Shown here one piece after another: positions 41,301-51,893 of a DNA stretch of 64,000 nt. The first letter of the stretch is position 1. The number at the start of each line of letters is the position of its first letter. A program made the translations under genes and the position numbers. The DNA lies in IMG/VR virus record IMGVR_UViG_3300044712_001255, positions 248,001-312,000 of that record; one strand, given 5' to 3'. Below the pieces are notes generated by a model. That model worked only from the letters and a program-made list of their open reading frames with translations. It was not told where the DNA came from and ran no database searches.

Positions 41301-43096
41301 GGTACACTGGCCACTTGGCCATTCACTACAAAATTTGATGCAACGTATCCACCTACTTTGACATTGTAGTTATGTGTTCCCGCCGGGGGCGAATCTACAT
41401 GAACAAATGTATCATTAATGTAGCTAAAATCAGAACCAAGGTGCACGCTAAGTGCTGTTTCATCTCGATACGCATGTACGCCTTGAATATATTGATATTG
41501 AGGTGATTGATAGTTCACCTGGCCCAGCATCAAAACAGGGTATCCTGTTGTTGTAATTGACGCAGTTAAATATGGGATTGTCCATAAACTAGCGTCAAAC
41601 CCAAATGACATAACGCTTGACGTTGATCCACTTGCCCAATTTAATGTCGGTGAGAACTCAATCACAGAAAATTGAGCTCTATCGACTGCCGTTGTGTCTG
41701 CGATGATTGACCAATCTTGAGCCTTTTTATTTCTAACGGCTGCAATTGAGTGCGTGCCGGCCGGCGGTGTTTCCATGAAAAAACACCCAAGATTTGCGTA
41801 ATGTTTGTAATTGTGTAGAAACCATGTAGAGTATTCGACATAGTGAGACGCAATTGATGCTGTCGATAAAAATAGACCATCACGACTGTAATATACGTCA
41901 GGATACCACGTACTTCCAGCAGATGTTGTCGCGAAGAGAGACGCAACATACAATACCGGACCGCCCCTTGTGACAATCGATCCTGAAAATTCAGGTATAA
42001 TTGGTGGCCATTGCGTCAGATCATCAGGCCCTGGCATATCGTGAGTTGTAAATGAACTCGTCGTGAATAGCCCATATGTCACAGATGATGCTGACGATGC
42101 TAGCTGTAGACCAAGCCCAGCGTGAAGCACAAGCGAATTTGTGAGTGATGATGTTACGTTGGCAAGAATGTAATACGGGTAAATGTCGCCAGGTCTAGTG
42201 TTTGTGAATGTAATTTGACCATTTGATTGTGTTACTATCGATATGCCTAAGCCTTCTGAGAGATATGACACCCCGTTAGTTGTTTGTTGTAATGAGCCGC
42301 TAAGACCGCCATTGAAATTAACGACACCTGTAAATGTTGATCCTGATATCGTAGCAACAATATTGTTATTGATATTAAGGCTATACGTACTTCCTGCTCC
42401 ATTGTCTGTGCCTATGAGGCTAGGACCAGGAGTGAACACTCGTTCATCTGTGAGATATGTATCAGTTGTTAGCGTGAGGTATTGTGCTGACGATACCGGA
42501 CCAGTTGCGCCCGTGGGACCTGTCGGACCCGTCGGGCCTATCGCGCCAGTCGCTCCAGCAGCACCGGTCGCCCCCGTGGGACCTATAGGACCCGTAGGAC
42601 CTACGCCACCTCCTGACCCTCCCGTGGCCCAAGCGTGCCACTGATCATCATACCAATACGCAGCGTATGATCCATAATCTGTTGATATAGTTTGTGTATA
42701 CGAATCATCGATTGTGATTTTGTTTAATGAATCATCACCAGCAATGATGATGTTTACGCTGGACGCGAGTCCAGAAGCGTCTTTCGCTATGATTAATTGG
42801 CCTTCTCGCGGTGAAGGCGGCAACACAAGAGTTACGCTTCCACTCGGTCCCGTTAGCGTTGAGACAAAATCAACCTCAATTATTGAATCATTGTTATTTG
42901 CGTATTGAACTTCTGTATCGCTAGAAAAAGTATGCTTTACTACATTGATCGATAATCGTCCTGTTATATCAAGTTCAGCAGGTTTATTCACCGTGCCGAT
43001 TTGGAAGTCGCTTGTTGCAGCGACGCGTTGAATATTTCCAAATTGGTCCTGTGCTATAAAGAACAGCGATGTGAGTGTATCGATAGATGTCGGCAT
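38375..43096 (-). CDS. tail fibre protein with collagen-like repeat and LamG-like domains
   Basis: GPTGPIGPTGATG collagen run; two F-H/W-TIECW..WHH...G.IDEVR LamG-like blocks. Confidence 0.8.
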   Translation of the reverse strand: MPTSIDTLTSLFFIAQDQFGNIQRVAATSDFQIGTVNKPAELDITGRLSINVVKHTFSSDTEVQYANNNDSIIEVDFVSTLTGPSGSVTLVLPPSPREGQLIIAKDASGLASSVNIIIAGDDSLNKITIDDSYTQTISTDYGSYAAYWYDDQWHAWATGGSGGGVGPTGPIGPTGATGAAGATGAIGPTGPTGPTGATGPVSSAQYLTLTTDTYLTDERVFTPGPSLIGTDNGAGSTYSLNINNNIVATISGSTFTGVVNFNGGLSGSLQQTTNGVSYLSEGLGISIVTQSNGQITFTNTRPGDIYPYYILANVTSSLTNSLVLHAGLGLQLASSASSVTYGLFTTSSFTTHDMPGPDDLTQWPPIIPEFSGSIVTRGGPVLYVASLFATTSAGSTWYPDVYYSRDGLFLSTASIASHYVEYSTWFLHNYKHYANLGCFFMETPPAGTHSIAAVRNKKAQDWSIIADTTAVDRAQFSVIEFSPTLNWASGSTSSVMSFGFDASLWTIPYLTASITTTGYPVLMLGQVNYQSPQYQYIQGVHAYRDETALSVHLGSDFSYINDTFVHVDSPPAGTHNYNVKVGGYVASNFVVNGQVASVPRLSQVIAIELTPDVNYGSAFLSNSMTLSSSYQPIANSITLSTLGKKILLMGTCANTFYLTTPTPFYSASAVFNIYRDGQPLSNAVHGISVTNPGVTNSPSTSYTYNSSFITFVDSPTAGTHTYELYAKNGDNVYASTVDNVSFIALELNDQVVDPLGGGAGFFTLAIDDDIVATISGATFTGNVDFVGGLRGSLQKLTNGQTYLTAGSNIAIVTQSNGQVTISSTASGGDSGLFLGDSYFDYTKLLLHFNGSNGSTTMIDSSRNPMTMTSAGTIQLSNTQVKWGTTSLGLNGVNTNTLYADNSGGVITLGSGDWTIECWVWFTSVSVGYQPIIMFATSADGQGPILYLESNNTLQFLVSAAGVGWAGGPGGVITPTAGAWHHVAASRSGGQIRLWYDGVYAGTYAYATSMYTSTKCWIGHYPYFPGGARTLNGYIDDVRITVGIDRYPVAFSVPTEQFADFTRRRSFAGWMDFSGSLLSTGSVAFGSPTQFLDSGSLAGSDVFFYVSGSVGVSSGSNRKIALFAGDVRISGSLTVGTGSITITSNDVQFGTSSIKLTRVNQSLLFTDETIPTGKTLLQIFSGTLPSGINNQLIQNVSGSWVARDALYSARAAYSGSTSGLIRVSDGESVITTRSGYGGLTDILSTDVVEAGGGVALGSWTLFRTSIRAGTVASVYLNGVTAYQFENDGLNLYSKRLKGVPAPAASDDGVPFSYVDPISDTTPLTLDTCLNYLHLHFEGAAWTDSGIGNQTVTAAGSPTRSSTQKKFGSTSLNTGDNAANYLTVTNTTFFPEFGDFTIEFWAYPTSGTGYNMWFAATNAAGGDQIGPIIYVETSNSKPSFAWSITPGTWAGSFSSNSTITTIGLNAWHHICVERYDGIVRMAIDGTFQTATAYVPYMYGGDRIRIGGIISQPMLGYMDEVRVSGWARYKGQAFTPSAAAFADFSAPASPRNGQIRMNARQGNFIYLNGVWRPINF

Positions 43097-43115
43097 CTCA
43101 AACTACCTAGCTGCG

Positions 43116-46100
43116 TTAGATCACAAGATTACCGTTTGAATCAGTTGTGATGCTTTGTAAAGTTTGGTTGAGTTGTAGGGGATTGATTGTCGATCGATTG
43201 TGAGCTTCACCATCGAAATATGGTAATGATGACGTTGCTTCAAGACTTAGATTTGACGACCACGTGGTTTCTGGTTCAACGTGTTGACTTGTGATTGGGT
43301 TCACAAAACGAACTTGTACAGGTGAATCCTCTATGTTGTTATCAACAAACATTTTTGTGTCAATCCCTTGTTCAAGCATATCGCGGAATTGACCAAAACG
43401 ACCGCGACGAAATACGAGAGATGTGTTAGATGTTATTCCGCTGAACAGCCCGTATTTCCACCCACGAATCATTACACCATATACGTTATTTCGACCCCAT
43501 AGATCGACTGTCTTAAATTGTGGAAGATGATTTGCTCCACATCTTATCGTATTTGATGAAATATGTTGTAATGTAGAGGGAATTGTTTGTGTACCGTAAT
43601 TGGGATGAGAAAAATCAAAATCATTTCCATTCTTTACACCCAATGCAATGTTGTTTAGATCACCAAATCCAAAAATGATTTTACGTATTTCATCTCTAGA
43701 GATATTAACAGTTCCCGGACCACCTCGATACCACCACGCACCATTTGGTTCAAATTTTAGTGGCGAGTAAAATCCTGTAGGTGACGCATTTGCCCATCCA
43801 CCATAATAGACGTAAATGTTATGTGACGTCCTTAGCAAAACACTGGTGTTAATAACGTCTGGAGCAAGTCCATTCAAATTATATAGTGATGAATTCCAAT
43901 AACGATTGGTATCATAAACAGAAATGAATGGATCAAGTGATCTATCAATAGATGCGTATCTTGATTCAAATGGAAACCCAAATGGCCAATCATTATCGGT
44001 TATATTTGCCGTACCTGGTGTTGCTGGTGGTAATCCACACCAAGACCATAAAATACCACTTACACCGCCAAATTCAGTAGTTTCTGTTGACGTATCAGAA
44101 ATATTTGCAATTGGGAAATTTGTCTCTTGCAATAAATTTGAAAGTGAAGGAACAAATGAATCATAAATGATTTGTTGTGATGTCATTCTTACATTGCTGA
44201 TTATGCCTGCTACTTCGAATTGCTTGCGTAACGCAACATCTCTTTGCATCACCGTATCAGAATATAATTGATTGATGTCTGATAAATCATAGAAAGTATT
44301 TTGAGATGCACTTACAATATTGAATTGTTTTTTACGTTCCTGTAGGGACATAGATCCCGTGACATACGCGTCATTGTACGTACCGTAAAGCGCACGTCTT
44401 CCATAAACTTCAAATTGATCAAGTGCAGGATCATTACCAATAACATCGCTTATTATCGTAGATTGAAATTTCGTATTACGAACATCATGGAATTCTTTTG
44501 CTTCACGTAAGTAACTTCCAAAAAATGTGATCTTTACTGATGATCCTGATGGGATCTTGATGTCATGGCCTAATGTGCCAGTTACATAAAATCTATCATT
44601 AGGATCTCCACCTACGAATGTTGCTCGTTTCACGCATGGTCGTGTTTTACTCACTGCTAACGTAAGCTTTTGATTTGGGAAAATAACATATGGACTTTTT
44701 TGCGTTTGCATTACGCAAATGGGTTGTGTTAACGTAAATGACTGGGCTGCTAACGCAGATGATTTCTCTGTATCTGACATGTAGAAATACTTGTTTTTGT
44801 ATTTCAATGGTGATCGAGATGTAATTTGTTCACGACCAAAAATTGATTGTCCAGACCCGACAAATCCATCTTGGTTTCTTCCAATGTTATTGATCCAATT
44901 TATTCGGTAGTGATTATCATTTCCACCTACAAACAATTTTGTGTCTGTGGACGTTATGATGAATTCCTCTGTACTCACAAATTGAGAAAATCTTAATCTA
45001 TTGTTGTCTGTTCCGCCATTAAGCGCATCGAAACGTAACGTTCCGATGACCCCGTTGGTAATGGCACTCTCGGCAAGTAATTTAACACTACCTGTGAATT
45101 CATAATTGGATTTATTAGGATAAACAATAGTTGATGCTGATGGCAAAAATGAGTTTATGCCGCGAATTTGTCCAACTGCTTCCAACAGCGGCCAAATGAT
45201 TTCTGGACCTTGACTGCCAGTGAAGTCATTACAATTTGTTATTGTAGCAGATAGAATAAGCTCTTGTCGCGTTAGATTATTGTACGTAGTTTGAGCAAAT
45301 AGTGCGACCGTGACCAGCGGACCACCTATATCAATAAACGTGTTCTCCGTGCTTGTCCAATCGTATCCATATGGTTGCACGCAACGAGTTACGTCATCAA
45401 ACCAGGTTTTACCAGCCTCAAGAGGCAATTCAATCATTGCTTTTTCAATAATGAAAGGTTCATTGATTGGCAATGAAAATGTTTCCGTGTTTGACGGAAC
45501 GTACTCTTGATTTATGCAAATACTTTTTGCATACTCCTTTTGAATCGCAACATTGTAATTTTGCTCATTGAAAACATTATTGATATTGTCGTCAGATGAA
45601 TTTGCGATATAATACGGTGGTGCTGTTACAATTGCATCGCTTCCACTAACAATCAAATTGCCTAATGGACCAAATCCCCGGTAATCTTCTGACGTACGTT
45701 TACTATCGATATAAGCCATTCCGTCAGCGAGATCACTTGGATTTTTCACCAAAAATTGTTTATATCGAGTATCATAATACATGATTGAGCTTGTGAGCCC
45801 AAGCATCGGAGTCGTATATTGAATTGGAAGTTCAATATTGATTTGATTCTTTGATTGTAATGTTTCAGTGAGATCTGCGTTGGCATTCACAAAAAATACA
45901 CCATTTGGGGTGGTGATATCATCAATCATAATTTGACGATTGTGCTCACTAAATGGTTTAATTCTTGACCAATTTCGAGGATCATTCTCGGCGATTGAGT
46001 TGATGTCAAGCGTTGCAAACGTTGATCCTGTGGCTTGAATTGTCGTGCCACTTAGGATATCTTCAAGAGATTGAATTTGTTGTGTGTATCCGAGGTTATT

Positions 46101-47492
46101 ACGACTTATCATTGCAGGATATGACACAACGGCTTGAGTTGAGAATATTGTTGATTTTTGATCATCAAACATTCCAATCGAAACACTTGACCCATCATAT
46201 TTTGATGATACACGAGGAAGAAGCTTACGTCTCACCGCAGGAGGTTGAAACACTAATGATGTTGCATTTCCTTGTTGACAAGGCCAATCATACGCCGTCA
46301 ACAAATAGTTGTAGTACGTAGTTGGCATTGACCAGTATTTTTTGTATTGCGCAGGTGTGCTTATTCCACCAAGTGGATGACGTTCAACAGAATTTAAAGA
46401 TGAAACCATTCCCCCTAAAGATGGCGCCCATTCAGGGAATATCAATAATGAAGATCCAATATTGATTTCTGACGTAAAATCTCTAAACCCGTTTTTTGTG
46501 AAAACACCTACGCAAGCAGCGTGGTTTGATTCAAAGTTGTAATTTGCGTAAACACCCGTCTCTTTTATCTGTTCTCCCCCACGTAACTTACGATACGTAA
46601 ATTCTAGACGTCCATTCTCAAAAATTTTCAATTGAAATTGAAAACTTGAAGAAATTGTAGGTACTTTCATCTCAAGATCGGCATACGTTATATGATGAAA
46701 CGAACACCATTGAATTGCTCTATAAAGACCATGTACTGTGTCTGATAGAACTTGTGTCCATCGCACTCCTGCTTTTGAGGGTGAGAAAATTAAATCTGGG
46801 GGTTGTGTCATCCCATAATGAATCTTTTCTACAAGATCATCAGAGTTATATCCCCCCAAATCTACAAGCGATTCATAGTAAATCGATCCAGATAACGCAC
46901 CCGTATTAGGGATCACCTCATTTTGATATTTTGATCCACTAAGATTTGCAATGTAATTAACGGGCGTAGATCCTAATGAGGCAAGGCTATTGGACGGTAA
47001 TGTTGGACCATTTATTTGATAGTTGTCAAGATTAATAGAAAACCATGGTGCAACTAATACACCGTCAAATGTCATGTTCAAATTGATTGAGTGCGGTGAA
47101 CCTGGACCCATACAATTTGTGGGAGAATAAAGATCACGCGCCATTGTATTCCACAATGACGAACTAACGTGCGTAAGTAGATCAGGGTTTTTGCCAATAA
47201 TGCAATATCCTGACATACTGATAACGATATGATCGTATTCTTCACCATTCATACGAAATGAAAAGCCAAGAGGAATAGGCAACGACTGTGGTTCTGTGTG
47301 CCATGTTGTGTTATCAGTTCCAACGTACCCAACTAACGCAACTAACCCGCCAATAGAAGGATCATGTACGGTAGTTGCAGGAATCTTTGTGAACAACGCA
47401 TCATCTAACATCGCCGTGTTGGATACTCTTTTCAACGCGTAATCGTTGATATAGTTTGTGCGTGTTCTTTGTACTTTAGGTGTTGCAGGCAT
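43116..47492 (-). CDS. large virion structural protein
   Basis: 1458 aa, beta-rich, within tail/baseplate operon. Confidence 0.6.
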   Translation of the reverse strand: MPATPKVQRTRTNYINDYALKRVSNTAMLDDALFTKIPATTVHDPSIGGLVALVGYVGTDNTTWHTEPQSLPIPLGFSFRMNGEEYDHIVISMSGYCIIGKNPDLLTHVSSSLWNTMARDLYSPTNCMGPGSPHSINLNMTFDGVLVAPWFSINLDNYQINGPTLPSNSLASLGSTPVNYIANLSGSKYQNEVIPNTGALSGSIYYESLVDLGGYNSDDLVEKIHYGMTQPPDLIFSPSKAGVRWTQVLSDTVHGLYRAIQWCSFHHITYADLEMKVPTISSSFQFQLKIFENGRLEFTYRKLRGGEQIKETGVYANYNFESNHAACVGVFTKNGFRDFTSEINIGSSLLIFPEWAPSLGGMVSSLNSVERHPLGGISTPAQYKKYWSMPTTYYNYLLTAYDWPCQQGNATSLVFQPPAVRRKLLPRVSSKYDGSSVSIGMFDDQKSTIFSTQAVVSYPAMISRNNLGYTQQIQSLEDILSGTTIQATGSTFATLDINSIAENDPRNWSRIKPFSEHNRQIMIDDITTPNGVFFVNANADLTETLQSKNQINIELPIQYTTPMLGLTSSIMYYDTRYKQFLVKNPSDLADGMAYIDSKRTSEDYRGFGPLGNLIVSGSDAIVTAPPYYIANSSDDNINNVFNEQNYNVAIQKEYAKSICINQEYVPSNTETFSLPINEPFIIEKAMIELPLEAGKTWFDDVTRCVQPYGYDWTSTENTFIDIGGPLVTVALFAQTTYNNLTRQELILSATITNCNDFTGSQGPEIIWPLLEAVGQIRGINSFLPSASTIVYPNKSNYEFTGSVKLLAESAITNGVIGTLRFDALNGGTDNNRLRFSQFVSTEEFIITSTDTKLFVGGNDNHYRINWINNIGRNQDGFVGSGQSIFGREQITSRSPLKYKNKYFYMSDTEKSSALAAQSFTLTQPICVMQTQKSPYVIFPNQKLTLAVSKTRPCVKRATFVGGDPNDRFYVTGTLGHDIKIPSGSSVKITFFGSYLREAKEFHDVRNTKFQSTIISDVIGNDPALDQFEVYGRRALYGTYNDAYVTGSMSLQERKKQFNIVSASQNTFYDLSDINQLYSDTVMQRDVALRKQFEVAGIISNVRMTSQQIIYDSFVPSLSNLLQETNFPIANISDTSTETTEFGGVSGILWSWCGLPPATPGTANITDNDWPFGFPFESRYASIDRSLDPFISVYDTNRYWNSSLYNLNGLAPDVINTSVLLRTSHNIYVYYGGWANASPTGFYSPLKFEPNGAWWYRGGPGTVNISRDEIRKIIFGFGDLNNIALGVKNGNDFDFSHPNYGTQTIPSTLQHISSNTIRCGANHLPQFKTVDLWGRNNVYGVMIRGWKYGLFSGITSNTSLVFRRGRFGQFRDMLEQGIDTKMFVDNNIEDSPVQVRFVNPITSQHVEPETTWSSNLSLEATSSLPYFDGEAHNRSTINPLQLNQTLQSITTDSNGNLVI

Positions 47493-48394
47493 CAGTAAGT
47501 CAAGCCTCCAAATGCTATCGAGTCAGTTCCAACGCCTTGTACGCTGTCATACACAAATCCACATGGCGCTGACACTTGATTGTACCTCACGTATGAATCT
47601 GTGCTATATGCAACATGACCTGTTGCATTGTCTATATCTTGTAAATTCAACGCTACATTCATCTGCGAATCATTTGTTTGTGATAGAGGTACACCGCGAG
47701 GTAAACGTTGATCAGTGAATGGTAACAATGAGGTTTGATCATCATTCACATAACCAACAATCACTGTATTTCCAAGATTGTCAGCCGTGTCGATGAACGA
47801 AATGGGCGTGGGATGTGGATTGAAGTAATCAAGAGATAAAATTTGTGGAGTCGCCTTACGAATGTTCGCAGTTCCCCCACACACTTCACCATAAACAGCA
47901 TGCGCTTCAAATGGAGAATCAATACTACTAAATGATGCAACGTTACGAATTGAAAGTGGCTCAATTACGCCATCAAAATCATCTGGTGCGCCGTCGTTAT
48001 CAGGCAACACAACTGGCCAAGCTGCGAATTTCGTTGGTGACAAGTTTGCAGGATCATATACATCAGATGACTGTAACGCGATGTATTGCGTAGGATCAAA
48101 TGGCGCAACGTCTTCAAATTCTGCTATATTTTCTCGATATGTGATACCTTGACCAAACGTACGTTTTGGAATGACATGGCCGGGTTCGCCCGCGTGAATC
48201 TTACAGACGCCAGCGTCCCAATCTGATTGATGTCGTAGTTCAACACCTTGCTTATATGTCGCAATTTGTGACGTGTCTATCGATGACGTGTTGATCATCG
48301 ATGCAACAATCTTTTTGTCATGTACGGGTGGTCCGTCATCAAACCATAACGTTTGCGCGACGAACGGTTGAATCGTTGCGTTTATGACAATCAT
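47492..48394 (-). CDS. virion structural protein
   Basis: Operon context; ends DSIAFGGL. Confidence 0.55.
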   Translation of the reverse strand: MIVINATIQPFVAQTLWFDDGPPVHDKKIVASMINTSSIDTSQIATYKQGVELRHQSDWDAGVCKIHAGEPGHVIPKRTFGQGITYRENIAEFEDVAPFDPTQYIALQSSDVYDPANLSPTKFAAWPVVLPDNDGAPDDFDGVIEPLSIRNVASFSSIDSPFEAHAVYGEVCGGTANIRKATPQILSLDYFNPHPTPISFIDTADNLGNTVIVGYVNDDQTSLLPFTDQRLPRGVPLSQTNDSQMNVALNLQDIDNATGHVAYSTDSYVRYNQVSAPCGFVYDSVQGVGTDSIAFGGLTY

Positions 48395-48403
48395 GGTTGA
48401 TCC

Positions 48404-51400
48404 TTAGTATTTGCGCAAAGATCCAACGACTTGTTGAACCAACAGAACGTCTCTGATCCTTGAGCGATTGCTTTCACCAACATACATCTCTTCAAAATGA
48501 TACTGCAACTTGTGACGTTCCAACATGTGAGATTCAATCAAGAAGTTTGTGCCCTTGAAATTACTCTTATGTGGAATCAGCTGCTCGATAAATGTGCCAA
48601 TGGCGACATCGAACCACCGGAAGAAATCAAAGAAAGCTCTAAAGTTGATTTTTTCCTGTACCTGCGTAAAGTATATGTTACGCAGCTGCTCAAGATCAGG
48701 ATAATCTGATGAGAACGCAAGCTCTGGCGCACCGATTGCTTCATTCAACTTCTCGAACGTTGAAAAGATCGTGATGATATCGCGATTCAATGAATCAATT
48801 AGCGAAAATTCAACAGAGAATTTTGAACTATCAGTTGGCTTTTCAGCTGGTGGGACTTCATACACGGGGGCAAATTGCGTCCATGGATTCATTTCAACTA
48901 CGTCTAATTCCTTTGCGCTTCTAATTCTAATCTTATCAGCTGACACAGCTTCATCAAAATACGGCGACAAGTAGCTGTACCCAAACGTTTGTCCACCAAG
49001 CGCAAGAGTTCCCACGGTAAATTGAGATCCCGTGAGGTGGTTTCCATTAAGACTAAGATCCCACATTATTACGGACCCTGTTGGGAGCCCGAGTGAGGCA
49101 GTTGCGAGCGGATAACGGTAATCGTCTTGTTGCCAGATTGAGAATAACCTAAGTCGTTCCCAAGAACCAGAACTTGTTGTGTTGAAGTTGTAGTTGATCC
49201 ATGGATCGTCCACACCGACGCTCTTGTAGTTACGAACGTGTTCTTTGAATTCTATTTCTGTCTGAGACTTCGTCCAGAATCTAACGTTTGACATTCTTCC
49301 GACAAACATTGTTGTTCGCGCTACAGAATCTACAGAGTCATCATTAAGGAATGCGCCGCCAGTTGTAGTTGACATTGACGTATTACCCCAACGTAATGAA
49401 CTACCTGAAACGTTATCTGACGACTTTGTTTTCAGAACGTTATCTTCTGTATAGAAGACTTCTGAGAAGTACGATGACGTCATCGTCAACTTTGTGATGT
49501 CGCCAAAATCATTTTGTGCAGCTCGCAAAAAATACGTACCAGATGCAGTACCAGATTCTGATGAGTCGATGTATCCAAATGAAACATTCCACGGATCACC
49601 ATCAAATAATCCATCGCCAGATAGATTTAGAGGCATTGCAAGCAGCGGAGAATTTGCGCTGTTACCGGGACGTGCGTATAATGTGAGTTTTGAGCCATTC
49701 TCAACAACAAGGTTCATTATTGTGCGTTCGCTATTCGGAGTAGAACCTGTGATGATGAAGCGTACCAATGATTGCTGATCTTCGAATGAATATTGTCGTT
49801 TCTGTATTGCCAGCGGAAAATGATAGATCGCTTCATACGTCCAGGACGCTCGTGTCAATAACCCATCATTCGCGTTATTTGAGATTCCATGTGGTGGATG
49901 AACGTCTTTTTGCACAAAAGTTCCATACGGCGTCGGAAATCCTGGTTCGATACGAGACGCCGTAAGAAATGGTGTAGTGACTATTGATCCACTGGACATG
50001 TTTATCATTAGTCCAGATTCAATGTGACGTTCTCTAGACGCGTCTAACATTTGTTCTGTTGGACCACCATATTCTCGAATACGAACGCTGTTGTTGGGAT
50101 CAATACCAAGCGCTCTTAAAAATGCTTCAATTGCGTATCGAGTTCCCTTAGATCGTAGGATTTTTGGGAGGTAAATTAGCACCCTTTTCAACAATTCGTC
50201 CTGTACAGTGCGTAATGCTATTGGTCCTGTGTTGATTTCATCATCTATGTTTTCTGCGTAGATGTATTGATCAATTGTTGATTCGTTGAAAAGTGGAGGT
50301 AAGTCTACACCCCATGTACGAGCAACGTCAATCAAAAATGGATTTGGTACTGTGTCATGTGTATCATGAGATACACTTCGCATGTTTGCAAATTGATCGA
50401 TTAGAATTTTGATGTTATCGAAAAACTTTGCATACACGTATAAGAACGACAAGATCAGGTGCGTTGAACCCATTTCGCCTTGTCCGGGAATACCTTCGCC
50501 ACCATACGCATTATTTGCGTCACCCAATTGCGTTTTAAATCCTTCGTATGATTGCCCTTGCAAAATGAGATTTTCTGGCACGAGCTTCGTGATGATGTTG
50601 GGATTTGCTGCATCATACAGTGATGCACTTTGTAGTAGCGTTTCATTCAATGACACAATTGATGGATACGCTGGGAACAAAACAGGCGATAGCTCATCAC
50701 GCTCATAGATCATCAATGATGAAGCTTCATCATCAACGCTCTTACGTAGAGTGCCGACAAAAGCGTTTACTAATGCATGTAAGCTATTTCCAGAGCTATC
50801 AAGCACAATAGCATTCACGTACCCGTTGTCGGGAACCAACGGAGGTGGTGGCTCATTGAACTTATAGTAGAGCTTCAAATCGTCAGACGCTGTAATCAAT
50901 TTTTGATGATATGCTTGTTGCTGTGCAATTGTCCTAACGCTGTGAAAGAATCGAAACTCGTCAAGGCTTCCTGAGAATGTTTGCGTCGGCGTAATTACTG
51001 ACGTGCCATTTATCCACGATGATCCCGACGCAATCGTTAGGGGTGACGTTGTTAACGCAAGGTTTCCAATGACGGGCGTTGTTCGTGATGTCGCCAATAA
51101 TGAAAAATTCTGGTAAAGCGCAGCCAACGCAGGCCCATTGTCTTTGTTCAATACTGCGGCGATGTGCGTGAACGTACCTTTTGGAATTTCCCCTGTTGCA
51201 AATACGCTTGTTGATCCTGAAACTACATTGAAACACAATGTTGCAGCAGCAGAACTAACTGACGGTTCCAAATACAAGGAGAATCCATTGCCATCATTTT
51301 GTTTTTGGCAAATCACCTGTAAATCATTCGCAACTGGTGCAACAAATACATGTGTCTCAACACTAAATGATTTATCGCCGGGATTCATTATCCCGAGACC

Positions 51401-51883
51401 AGTTGCATTTTTTGCAAGCTCTGGGAATAGCGCGCCAGCTTTATCTTGTATGGATATCCAATTACCCAACGCGCCATCCTCGCCTACTTGCGTGCCAGAG
51501 AACATCAAGAATCCATGATACTTTGGGAATTGATCGAATACCCAACGTTCAAATCCAGTCAATTCGTCAAAAAAACGTTCAATCTCTAACTTTGTTCCAT
51601 CAAATGGGAATCCATTGATGATTTGATCGAATGTTGCGTTCACAAGAACTTCAGCTGGCATGAAGAAGCAATGATTCTCAAATTGAGACCAATCAACGTT
51701 CAACTGTTGTGTTGACTTTAGAGGTTCACCACGTGGATCGTATTTGAAAGAGCTAGATGATGCTACGTTTGTATCGATGACATCTTCAAGAGTCATCGTT
51801 ACAGGTCGTACACCTTCTATTGCCGCCTTAAGAAAGCTTGGTACGCCAAACGTTTTTGTTGGAGAATTTGATTTAATGTCCAT
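48404..51883 (-). CDS. baseplate/tail protein with LamG-like domains
   Basis: LRSKGT..AIEAFLRALG (wedge/gp7-like motif), SGSLDEFRFF, LKLYYKFNE. Confidence 0.65.
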   Translation of the reverse strand: MDIKSNSPTKTFGVPSFLKAAIEGVRPVTMTLEDVIDTNVASSSSFKYDPRGEPLKSTQQLNVDWSQFENHCFFMPAEVLVNATFDQIINGFPFDGTKLEIERFFDELTGFERWVFDQFPKYHGFLMFSGTQVGEDGALGNWISIQDKAGALFPELAKNATGLGIMNPGDKSFSVETHVFVAPVANDLQVICQKQNDGNGFSLYLEPSVSSAAATLCFNVVSGSTSVFATGEIPKGTFTHIAAVLNKDNGPALAALYQNFSLLATSRTTPVIGNLALTTSPLTIASGSSWINGTSVITPTQTFSGSLDEFRFFHSVRTIAQQQAYHQKLITASDDLKLYYKFNEPPPPLVPDNGYVNAIVLDSSGNSLHALVNAFVGTLRKSVDDEASSLMIYERDELSPVLFPAYPSIVSLNETLLQSASLYDAANPNIITKLVPENLILQGQSYEGFKTQLGDANNAYGGEGIPGQGEMGSTHLILSFLYVYAKFFDNIKILIDQFANMRSVSHDTHDTVPNPFLIDVARTWGVDLPPLFNESTIDQYIYAENIDDEINTGPIALRTVQDELLKRVLIYLPKILRSKGTRYAIEAFLRALGIDPNNSVRIREYGGPTEQMLDASRERHIESGLMINMSSGSIVTTPFLTASRIEPGFPTPYGTFVQKDVHPPHGISNNANDGLLTRASWTYEAIYHFPLAIQKRQYSFEDQQSLVRFIITGSTPNSERTIMNLVVENGSKLTLYARPGNSANSPLLAMPLNLSGDGLFDGDPWNVSFGYIDSSESGTASGTYFLRAAQNDFGDITKLTMTSSYFSEVFYTEDNVLKTKSSDNVSGSSLRWGNTSMSTTTGGAFLNDDSVDSVARTTMFVGRMSNVRFWTKSQTEIEFKEHVRNYKSVGVDDPWINYNFNTTSSGSWERLRLFSIWQQDDYRYPLATASLGLPTGSVIMWDLSLNGNHLTGSQFTVGTLALGGQTFGYSYLSPYFDEAVSADKIRIRSAKELDVVEMNPWTQFAPVYEVPPAEKPTDSSKFSVEFSLIDSLNRDIITIFSTFEKLNEAIGAPELAFSSDYPDLEQLRNIYFTQVQEKINFRAFFDFFRWFDVAIGTFIEQLIPHKSNFKGTNFLIESHMLERHKLQYHFEEMYVGESNRSRIRDVLLVQQVVGSLRKY

Positions 51884-51893
51884 CTTTCACCGT

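Noticed and set aside
42490-42625. Tandem DNA repeat element
   Set aside because: Explained by collagen-like Gly-X-Y codons inside the tail fibre gene
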